A DNA stretch of 62,127 nt from Thermoanaerobaculia bacterium (GTDB lineage: Bacteria > Acidobacteriota > Thermoanaerobaculia > Gp7-AA8). The notes under the pieces are model-generated. The model was not told the origin of the DNA and made no database searches. It saw only the letters and a list, made by a program, of their open reading frames with translations. Shown one piece after another: positions 8,626 to 18,600 of this stretch. The stretch covers positions 1-62,127 of the forward strand of contig DASVSV010000208.1 in the NCBI GenBank assembly GCA_036387915.1. Direction: 5' to 3'. Numbering within the stretch: the stretch's first letter is position 1; every line of letters starts with the position of its first letter. The position numbers and the translations under genes are program-made.

Positions 8626-11385
8626 ATGTCGCCGCGCACCCGGATTGTCCTCGTGTCCCTGCTCACCCTCGTGGTGATGGGCGGGACGCTCGTCCACATG
8701 GTGGCCCGCGCGCGGCACTGGCACGAGCAGGGGTGGAGCGGCGTCGGCTACCTCTTCGGAGAGAACGCCAGGTTCCAGGCGCAGATGATGGGCCTCGAGC
8801 TCTATCAGGTCATGATCACCGCGTCGAAGAGTCCGGCGGACGGGCGCCTCCACTATCGCGACGAGATCCTGACCCTGAACGGCATCCCGCGCGACGACGT
8901 CAAACGGCTGACCGAGCTGAACGCGCAGACGAAGCGCGGCGACACCGTCGTCTATCGCATCCGGCGCGGCAAAGAGATCCGCGACGTCCCGCTGCGCTTC
9001 GAGTCGCCGCTGCGCAGCCGCCACGTCATCCTGAGGCACCTGGCCGCGCTGACGGTCGGGCTGACCTTCGTGGCCATCGCCCTCTTCATCATGATTCGCG
9101 CGCCGCACGACACGCGGGCCACGGTGTTCTTCGCGCTGGCACTCCTCTCCGCCGTGGCGGTCATGGGCAACGCGTCCACTACTTACGAACAGATCCAGGC
9201 CCGCGGGATCGTCATCAGCGCCGCGCCGCCGGTGGACAGCTTCGTGATCTTCTCGGCCGCGGCGTTCATGTATCCGCCGCTGATCCTGCACCTGGCGCTG
9301 ATCTTTCCACGCCGGCGCCCCATCGCGGAACGGAATCCGATCGTCATCCGCTGGATCTACTCGGTCGCGGTGATGGCGGTGCTCTCGCTCGTCTTCACGG
9401 TGGTGATGATGTCGCTGATGAACTGGGACGATCCCGGCGCGGGCGAGGCCCGGCTGAAACAATTCGTCCGCCCGTTCTTCTATGGCCTGACGGCAGTGGC
9501 GGTCCTGTTCACGCTGCACGTGCTCTGGGCGGCGCGGCGCGAGGGAGTGAAGCAGGCCATCGTCGCACGGCCGTTGCGCATGTCCGTGGCCGCGATCGGC
9601 CTCCTCTTCGGCCTGACCCGCGGCGCCGGCTCCCTCCTCGGCGGCCACGCCGCCGGCATCCTCGGCGGACTCTCGATCGTGCTGCCGCTGGTGGCGATCT
9701 GCACTTTCCCCGTGCTGGCCCTGATCGCGTACGTGCGCAGTTACCTCGAGGCCAACGTCGAGGAGAAGCGGCAGGTGGCCTGGCCGATGTGGAGCCTGCT
9801 GCTCGTGGTCGGCGGGAAGATCGTGGCCGTCATCCTCAGCGTCGCGCTGGCATCCTGGGTGGCCCTGCGGCACCTCGACCTGATCGCCTGGCGCGGCGTG
9901 TTCGAGGCGCTGCAGCTCATTCCGACGCTGCTCACCCTGGCCATCCCGATCGCTTTCGCCGTGGCCATCCTCAAATACCGGCTGATGAACATCGACCTGA
10001 TCATCCGGAAGACGGTCGTCTACGCGATCCTCAGCGGCGCCATCATCGTGGTCTACCTTGGCCTGGTGGGCGGACTGGGGTCGGTCCTCGTCTATTCGTT
10101 CGGGCTCGAGAACCAGACCACGATGGTCATCGGCTCCACGCTGGTCGTGGCGCTGCTGTTCGTGCCTCTGCGCAACAAGCTGCAGTTCCTCGTCGACCGC
10201 AACCTGTTCCGCCACAAGTACGACTACCCGGCGGCGCTGAAGGCCATCTCCACCGACGCGCGCACGCTGACCGATGCGCATCAGTTCCTCAGCTCCACCG
10301 CGGAGAAGCTGCAGCAGGCCTTGCAGAACCGGGCCGTGGTGATCTTCGCCGAGCGCCAGGACGAATACGTCGCCCTGGCCAAAGTCGGCGTCGCCGACGC
10401 GCTCCTCGGGCGCCTGCGCGTGCCCTCCACTTTCGCCGAATCGCTCGACCGTCCATTCGACCCGCGCCGCCGCGCCCTGCCGCAGGAGACCGCGGCCGCG
10501 CTGGCGCGCGTCGAAGCGTCGCTGGTCGTGCCGGTCGGTACGCGCGCGTTCATCGCCGCGGCGCCGAAGTTGTCCGCGGGCGAATACGACGTCGAGGACA
10601 TCGACTTCTTCCGCTCCGTCGCCGAGCAGATCGACGTCGGGCTCGACCGCATCCGCATGCAGGCCGAGGAAGCGGATTACGAGCAGGCACGGCAGATTCA
10701 GCAGACCCTGTTGCCGCGCGACATGCCCCGCGTCGCGGGCATCGACGTCAGCGGCATCTGGCAGCCGGCGCGCACGATGGGCGGCGACTACTACGACCTG
10801 CTGCCGCTGCAGGAGAGCGAGCTGGCGGTCTGCATCGGCGACGTCGCCGGCAAGGGCATGCCCGCCGCGCTGCTGATGTCCGGACTGCAGGCCGCCGTAC
10901 GCGCGTCCGCGAGCAGCTCACCGCGCGATCTCTGCGAACGCGTGCGGCGGGTCGTGGTCTCGAGCCTCTCCGGCGGACGCTTCGTCACCTTCTTCTATGC
11001 GACGGTGGACACAGCCAACATGCGCCTGCGCTGGTGCAACGCGGGACACAACGCGCCGATCCTCGCACGCGCGGACGGCACGATCGTGCGGCTGGCGGAA
11101 GGCGGTCCGGCGTTCTCGCGCCTGCTCAAGAGCGACCGTTACGAGGAACGCGAGATCGCGCTGCAGTCCGGCGACCGGCTGGTGCTCTTCACCGACGGCG
11201 TGAGCGAGGCCATGGACGGCAACGGAGAGCTGTTCGGCGAGACTCGTATCGAAGAGCTCGTGTCCGATTGTCCCGATCTCCGCGCCAGCGAGCTGCAGAA
11301 AACCATCGTCGATGCGGCCAGCGCGTTCAGCGGAGGCGAGCTCGAGGACGATCTGACCCTCGTCGTCGTACGAATAACCGGGTAA
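8626..11385 (+). CDS. PDZ - polytopic membrane - SpoIIE/PP2C-type serine phosphatase sensor protein
   Basis: PDZ-like segment (ILTLNGIPRDD...GDTVVYRIRRG), about 10 hydrophobic helices, and a C-terminal PP2C/SpoIIE signature (GGDYYDL...GDVAGKGMPAALLMS...LFTDGVSEA...DDLTLVVV). ATG 8626 gives an N-terminus right before the first TM helix. The longest ORF starts at 8455, inside the inverted repeat. Confidence 0.85.
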   Translation: MSPRTRIVLVSLLTLVVMGGTLVHMVARARHWHEQGWSGVGYLFGENARFQAQMMGLELYQVMITASKSPADGRLHYRDEILTLNGIPRDDVKRLTELNAQTKRGDTVVYRIRRGKEIRDVPLRFESPLRSRHVILRHLAALTVGLTFVAIALFIMIRAPHDTRATVFFALALLSAVAVMGNASTTYEQIQARGIVISAAPPVDSFVIFSAAAFMYPPLILHLALIFPRRRPIAERNPIVIRWIYSVAVMAVLSLVFTVVMMSLMNWDDPGAGEARLKQFVRPFFYGLTAVAVLFTLHVLWAARREGVKQAIVARPLRMSVAAIGLLFGLTRGAGSLLGGHAAGILGGLSIVLPLVAICTFPVLALIAYVRSYLEANVEEKRQVAWPMWSLLLVVGGKIVAVILSVALASWVALRHLDLIAWRGVFEALQLIPTLLTLAIPIAFAVAILKYRLMNIDLIIRKTVVYAILSGAIIVVYLGLVGGLGSVLVYSFGLENQTTMVIGSTLVVALLFVPLRNKLQFLVDRNLFRHKYDYPAALKAISTDARTLTDAHQFLSSTAEKLQQALQNRAVVIFAERQDEYVALAKVGVADALLGRLRVPSTFAESLDRPFDPRRRALPQETAAALARVEASLVVPVGTRAFIAAAPKLSAGEYDVEDIDFFRSVAEQIDVGLDRIRMQAEEADYEQARQIQQTLLPRDMPRVAGIDVSGIWQPARTMGGDYYDLLPLQESELAVCIGDVAGKGMPAALLMSGLQAAVRASASSSPRDLCERVRRVVVSSLSGGRFVTFFYATVDTANMRLRWCNAGHNAPILARADGTIVRLAEGGPAFSRLLKSDRYEEREIALQSGDRLVLFTDGVSEAMDGNGELFGETRIEELVSDCPDLRASELQKTIVDAASAFSGGELEDDLTLVVVRITG

Positions 11386-11398
11386 AATGCGCGCAATC

Positions 11399-11857
11399 AT
11401 GCGGAAACCCCTGTTGTCGACGTCGTACGCGTTGTCGGCGTTGCTCGTCCTGTCGTTCGTGCCCACGATCGCGTTCGCGAAAGCGCAGATGCTGAACGGC
11501 GACGCCGTCGTGCGCAGCATCGGCGGCAACCGCGTGGCCGTGCTCCTCGACACGAACGCCGACCAGGCCATCGACCAGGGTTTCCTGCTGGAGTCCGACC
11601 TCCCCATCCCCGCCACCGGCGAGAAGTGCCTCGAGGCCAGCGTGGAGTACACCGAAAGCTACGTGCGCGTGACCTACAACCAGCACGTGATCGACCTCTG
11701 GGTGGCCGGCTATCCGGAGCCGCCGGTCGCGCCGGAAGAAACGGACTCGACGAAGTTCATCGGCTCCTCGCTCCTGCACAGCAGCGGCGACGGCGGCTGC
11801 ACGCTCGAGCGCGCCATGAGCGACGCGGGCGCTTGCTTCAACTACGCGAAGCAGTAA
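11399..11857 (+). CDS. Small secreted hypothetical protein
   Basis: Signal peptide MRKPLLSTSYALSALLVLSFVPTIAFA, four Cys residues, and no recognised family. Confidence 0.55.
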   Translation: MRKPLLSTSYALSALLVLSFVPTIAFAKAQMLNGDAVVRSIGGNRVAVLLDTNADQAIDQGFLLESDLPIPATGEKCLEASVEYTESYVRVTYNQHVIDLWVAGYPEPPVAPEETDSTKFIGSSLLHSSGDGGCTLERAMSDAGACFNYAKQ

Positions 11858-12070
11858 CGTTCGCGCCGTTGCTCGTCGTACGGCGGGGTGCTTCAGCGCG
11901 AGTAACGCGCCTTCAGCCGATGCAGCACCCCGGCCGAGCAACGTGTAACGCGCAACCCGTTCAGGGGCAGCAGCTCCTCCGCCCTGCGCGCTGCTGACCG
12001 CGCCCTGCCTCGCGGGACTAGATTTCCGTAACGAAACGTTCTGCGCCGTGCACGCGTAGACTAAAAAGCC

Positions 12071-12739
12071 ATGGCCATCGACAAAAAGAAGGTCCTTCGT
12101 GAGATCCGCATCTTCGTCCTGATGATCCTGATCGTCAGCTCCCTCCGCTCGGCCTTGGCCGACTGGAACGACGTTCCGACCGGCTCGATGAAGCCGACCA
12201 TCCAGGAAGGCGACCGCGTCGTCGTGAACAAGCTCGCCTACGACCTGAAGGTGCCGTTCACGACCATCGCCATCTTCAAGTGGGGCAATCCCGAGCGGGG
12301 CGACATCGTGGTGCTCTTCTCCCCCGTCGACGGCACGCGGCTCGTGAAGCGCGTGGTGGCCGTCCCGGGCGACAACGTCGAGATGCGCGACAACCAGCTT
12401 TACGTGAACGGCCGCATCGCCAAGCAGTCGCCGATTGCCATCGTCAGCTCGGATGACTTCGGCAACGCGTACGTGGCCGACGAAGACCTTTACGGCCACA
12501 ATCACAAAGTCATGCTCACGCCGGAGATCCCGGCGGTTCGCTCGTTCGGCCCGATCGCCGTCCCCGAGGGGAACTACTTCGTCCTCGGCGACAACCGCGA
12601 CAACAGCAACGACAGCCGGTTCATCGGCTTCATCGAGCGCCGGCGGATCGTCGGCGAGGCGGTGGCGGTGGCGTTCTCGCTCGACCGGTCGCGCTGGTTC
12701 GTGCCGCGCATGGACCGCTTTTTCGAAGGCTTGATCTAA
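12071..12739 (+). CDS. lepB: Signal peptidase I
   Basis: GSMKPTI (catalytic Ser box), KRVVAVPGD and GDNRDNSNDSR boxes. Confidence 0.92.
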   Translation: MAIDKKKVLREIRIFVLMILIVSSLRSALADWNDVPTGSMKPTIQEGDRVVVNKLAYDLKVPFTTIAIFKWGNPERGDIVVLFSPVDGTRLVKRVVAVPGDNVEMRDNQLYVNGRIAKQSPIAIVSSDDFGNAYVADEDLYGHNHKVMLTPEIPAVRSFGPIAVPEGNYFVLGDNRDNSNDSRFIGFIERRRIVGEAVAVAFSLDRSRWFVPRMDRFFEGLI

Positions 12740-12756
12740 ATCCACCCCAGGGAGAC

Positions 12757-13227
12757 ATGATGAGGAAAACCGCTGCCGTTGCTGTGCTGTGCCTGCTGAG
12801 CAGCTCGCTGTTCGCGCAGATGAAAGTCACCAAGCCCGCCCCCGGAAAGCAGCGCGCGCCGCTGGCCGCGGCCGGGACCACCCGCACCGCCGACCCGACC
12901 AAGTTCGCGCGCATCAGCATGGACGACGCGATCAAGCTCTACAAGTCGGGCCAGGCCGTCTTCATCGACGTCCGCTCGAACGAGCAGTTCTCGTACGGCC
13001 ACATCAAAGGCGCGCTGAGCATCCCCGGCAGCCAGCTCGTCAAGCGCTACTCCGAAGTGCCGCCGCGCAAGACCGTCATCCTCTACTGCGCCTGCAGCGC
13101 CGAACAGTCCTCCGGCCGCGCCGCCTCCGACCTCTCCGCCCACGGCGTAAAGAACGTCTTCGCGCTCAAAGGCGGCTGGGAAGAGTGGAAGAGCAAAGGC
13201 CAGCCGACCGCGGTCGGGCCGAAATAG
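12757..13227 (+). CDS. Secreted single-domain rhodanese (sulfurtransferase)
   Basis: Signal peptide, then a rhodanese fold with the active-site loop YCACSAEQSSGRA (CxxxxxR). Confidence 0.85.
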   Translation: MMRKTAAVAVLCLLSSSLFAQMKVTKPAPGKQRAPLAAAGTTRTADPTKFARISMDDAIKLYKSGQAVFIDVRSNEQFSYGHIKGALSIPGSQLVKRYSEVPPRKTVILYCACSAEQSSGRAASDLSAHGVKNVFALKGGWEEWKSKGQPTAVGPK

Positions 13228-13244
13228 GGGCAACTTTCAACGCC

Positions 13245-13556
13245 TCAAATAGGTGGCCCTTCGCCTCGGCTATCGGACCAGACCGCGAGCACCTCAATGA
13301 TGCTCTCGGAGTCGAGCACCCGGTAGTAGAGGTAGTGCCCGATGCGCGAGAGGTGGATGCGGCGAACGTCTGGAAGTTCGACATCCACCGCGGGTGGGCC
13401 GATGCGTGGCTGGTTCAGTATGAGCCGGAAGACACGCATCAGCTCATCCTGCACGGCATTCCGCGCGGCGCTCCGGTTTTTACGCCACCAGGCATTCAGG
13501 TCTTTGACCTGATGACGCGCGACTCGGCTGATGTCGATTCGAAAGAGCGTCGTCAC
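13245..13556 (-). CDS. Type II toxin, RelE/ParE family
   Basis: 103 aa with a ParE-like pattern (A..D...I..Y...... then R..........YY......I.VL.V.H). The GTG start overlaps the antitoxin stop (GTGA). Confidence 0.8.
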   Translation of the reverse strand: MTTLFRIDISRVARHQVKDLNAWWRKNRSAARNAVQDELMRVFRLILNQPRIGPPAVDVELPDVRRIHLSRIGHYLYYRVLDSESIIEVLAVWSDSRGEGPPI

Positions 13557-13780
13557 TCGTCGATCTGCAGCTCACGCAGGAGCTCGTCCGCGCTGATCTT
13601 GTCGCCCCGGTCGCACTCGGCGATCGCTTCCAGAAGAACCGCCTTGAGCTCCGGAGTGACCTCGAACCCGGTCTCATGATCGTCGACGATCAGAGTGACA
13701 TCGGCACCCTCGGGAAGCTCGCCTTCGAAGACGATCCGGCCCTGCACGACTTTGCCTGAAGCAACTTGCATCGTGAGCAT
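13553..13780 (-). CDS. Cognate antitoxin (family not recognised)
   Basis: 75-aa acidic protein immediately upstream of the ParE-like gene with a 4-nt overlap. An AGAGG Shine-Dalgarno lies 5 nt upstream of ATG 13780. Confidence 0.7.
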   Translation of the reverse strand: MLTMQVASGKVVQGRIVFEGELPEGADVTLIVDDHETGFEVTPELKAVLLEAIAECDRGDKISADELLRELQIDE

Positions 13781-13877
13781 TCTACCTCTTGGGTAACAGA
13801 CAACCCCGCCTGGGTGCCGTGCGGTCAACGGCGATGCACCAATCTCTCAGCAAAAGTCAAAGGCGCAGCGGGGATGA

Positions 13878-15191
<1,314 letters not shown>

Positions 15192-15201
15192 GCGGCGAAG
15201 G

Positions 15202-15651
15202 CTATCGCGGCGGTTTGCAGGTCTGGTAGCTGCGGTAGAGCAGGGTGATGCTGCTGGCCGCGCTTTTATCGTCGTAGACCGAGTAGAGCTGCCCCCACGG
15301 CCAATCTGTTTTAGTGCTGCCGAGCGTGCGGACGAGCCACTCGTCGTGGCTCTTGCGCCGCGCTTCCTCTTTCTCCCGCGACCAGTCGTCCCACGACGTG
15401 CCGAAGCGCGGATCGCCGTCGATCAGGGTGATGCTGTGCAGGTGCTCGTCGTGAAAGAAGAGCGAGACGAGAAACTGTCGTCCGTCCACGAGCTGCGGCC
15501 GGAGGACCGCGTTGAACCAACCGGCTTTTTCGTTGGTGTAATCGCCGCTCACGAACATCGGCGAAGCGAGGGCCGACGACTTCGTGGTGTCGCGGCTGAC
15601 GACGCCTTCCGGCGTCGTCAGCTCACCCGTTAGAGGATCGATCTGAATCAT
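15202..15651 (-). CDS. Putative immunity protein for the RHS C-terminal toxin
   Basis: 149-aa cytoplasmic-looking ORF with no signal peptide. Its ATG overlaps the TGA of the RHS gene (ATGA at 15648-15651), the canonical position for a polymorphic-toxin immunity gene. No family was recognised. Confidence 0.65.
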   Translation of the reverse strand: MIQIDPLTGELTTPEGVVSRDTTKSSALASPMFVSGDYTNEKAGWFNAVLRPQLVDGRQFLVSLFFHDEHLHSITLIDGDPRFGTSWDDWSREKEEARRKSHDEWLVRTLGSTKTDWPWGQLYSVYDDKSAASSITLLYRSYQTCKPPR

Positions 15652-18600
15652 TTCTTCATATTAAACACGCGCACCGGCTCGAGGACGTCGGCGTACGACT
15701 CGATGAAATACTGGAATCCGCCGCCGCCCCCATGCTGGCGATTCGCTCTGGTGAGGCCGGCCGGCACCTCGATGTCTTCCTTTACACGATAAGCCTGAAT
15801 CCGGTCGCGGGGCGGGTACTTGCCGGGGCGCATGTCGACCTGAACGAGGTCATGGTAGTCCTTCTGGTTGAGCTTGCTCTTCTTGATCGTCGCCAGATCG
15901 GTGTACCACTGCCCCTGACCGGGGAACGCACCGTAAATGAGCTGACCCTTCTTCAGGCGTGTGATGCGGTATTTATCCTGGCCGCCGTACCCGGGATAGA
16001 GCTGCGCGTTGCGCGCCCGCTCGATCTTCCCGGCGCGGCGCTCGCCCAGGTTCGCCGCGGCCGCGGGTGTACGATTCGACACCGCCTGTCCGCGCACGTT
16101 GCGTCCGCGCTTCGCCCCGAGGGCAGTCAGGGCGAGCTGCGCGGCGGAGACGCCGCCGCGTGTGTAGTCGCCGTGTACCACCGCCTCGTGCAGCGAGATG
16201 GCTGTCTGTGCAACGGTGACGGCGTTGTCGACACGGTTCACAATGACCGACGCGCGCAGGACGGTGCGGACCACGCGGCCCGCGCGTCCAGCCATCGAGG
16301 CGGCGCGTACCAGCACGCCTCCACCCATGCCGCCGGTGGCGACGTTCGCGAGCACGGAGGCGCCGGTGAGCGCCATCCGCATCGCGTACTCCTTCCCGTC
16401 GATCCCCCCGGTCGCGTACTGATACGTGTCCCAGGCCGCGAAGGCGATGTCGACGGCGAAGCCCCACGCCTCGCCGGTGGGATCGTTCTTGTTGATCGGA
16501 TCGTTCGCCGCGTACGCATAGAGGTTCGGCGAGTCGACGTAGCCGCGAGGATCGGGGGTCAGCCAGGTGCCGGTACGCGGGTCGAACCAGCGCGCGCGCA
16601 CGTAGCTCTTGCCGGTCATCGGGTCGAGGAACGGGTGCGCGTGGAAGCTGGACGAAACGATCAGCGTGACCGGATTGCCGATCGGTGAGCCGGCCATGCG
16701 CGGCGTGCCGAGCGCGTAGAGGCTGGGAACGTCGTAGAGCGCGGTGGTCTGCTGTTCGTCCGCCGGGAGCGCGGCGAGCCACTGCGACAGATTGGCCAGC
16801 GACTCACGCACTTCGAGCGGCAGCAGCGCAGATGTGTACACCGGCTTCGTTGCGACCGCCCACGCCGGCGCGGCGAGGAACGGCTGCGCCGAGCTCCACG
16901 CTTCGGCGCGTGCGTCCTTCGTCACCGCGATCGAGAGAGCGGACGGCGTCAGGGTCTGGCCGTCCACGACGACCGGCTCCGTCGAGACGAGCGTGTTCCA
17001 CTCCGCCTCGGTCAGGCTCCACTGCACCGTGGCGCTGTTGATGAGCGACGGTGCATTGGTGGCCGCGCGCACGACCTTGCCGGCCGCGTCGATGACCGCC
17101 AGACGCACGCCTGCCGCCAGCGTCGACGGCGCGAAGTGCTCGGTGGACCGCAGCAGCACGTCGACGGCGGTGATCTTGCCATCGGGGTCGCGGCGCGCGG
17201 AGACCGAGACGCGATCGACCGCGCTGCCCTTCAGCACTGCTTCGTCTTCGCCGTACGGGCCGCCTTCGACGCTGCGCGAAACGATGCGTCCCTGTTCGTT
17301 CAGGATGGCGTCGAGTGAGCCGGCACCGCCCTCGTCGTAAATCGGGTAGAGACGGGCAACGCCGTTTGGCGCGGTCCCATCCGCCGCCGCGACTTCCAGC
17401 GGATCGTCGTAGCGCGCGCCGCCATGGATGATCTGGCGCACCAGACCACCGTTCTCGTCGATCTGAGGATTCTGGCTCGCGCCGGCCTTGTAGATGGCCA
17501 CGAGCTGATCGTCGACCGGGTCCCAGACGAACGTCGCATCCGGCGGAAGTGCGTCGGCGGCGATGACTTCGAAGCGGTCTTCGAGCTTCCAGTCGGTCTC
17601 GGTCGGATTGCTCGTCGCGCCGGCGTACTCCGCGCGGCGGCCCACCATGCGGTCGTCACCGCTGTAGAAGTACTTCACGCGACGGGGCGAGGCCGATTTC
17701 TGCGTGACGACGGAGAGACGGCCCTTCAGGTCGTATTCGTAGATGAACTGCCCGTCTTCACTGCGCTCGCCGCCGTTGAACGAGAACGCCTCGGCGGCGC
17801 TGCCGCGCTGCATCGACGCGATCTTGTGTCCCGGTGCTTCGCTGAACAGCAGCGACGGCGGATCGACCGGAGTGGTCTTCGTACGCATGAGCGCCGAGCG
17901 GAAGTCGGCGGAGTTGAGGTCCGCGCCATCCGGCGTGGAGCCTCCGTCGCGGGCGAGGCTGGTCGCGGTGAGACGGCCGCGTCCGTCGTAGGTCCACTCA
18001 TCCGCCCGCGCGCCGCCGGAGACGCCGAGGAGCTGCGCGCGGGATTTCTGGATGCCGTCCCAGGTGACGAAGGACCCGGCAACGGTGAGGCCACCCGATT
18101 TGACTTCCATCTTGTTGGGCAGGCCGGTGCCGCTGTCGTATCCGTAATCGCGCACGATCTGCGAGCCCGTCACGGTCGTCACGACGCGGCGGTCAGGACG
18201 ATTCGCGTTGCGGTAGTCCGCCTGCAGCAGTGAGCCGCTTCCGGCGCCGCCGGACATCTGCCGTTCGATGCCGATGAGATTGCCCATGGCGTCGTGCTGC
18301 TGCGTCACCGACCGCGTCCACGCGTTCGCCGATGAGAAGCCGGAGTACGTCGGCATCGTGAACGACGTCCGCTCACCGTGCTCGTTGTAGGTGTGGCGCT
18401 GCTCGTATTGATCGATCAGCGTGCCGCCGCGATAGCGCGACTGCGTAGTCTTGCCGGCGCGTCCCTCACCGTCGTAATCGTCGTAGTCGACCACCGCGTC
18501 CGGGGTCTTCCAGCGTGTGATCCGTCCAGCGGGGTCATAGGTGTATTCGTCCAGCACCACGCCGCTGCCGCCCGTGGTCCGTTCGATTTGTCCCTTGGCG

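Noticed and set aside
11858-12070. Repeated GTAACG hexamers (four copies) upstream of lepB as a regulatory array.
   Set aside because: The motif is short with irregular spacing and has no dyad symmetry or associated regulator. It is noted only as a weak observation that does not merit a finding without genome-wide statistics.
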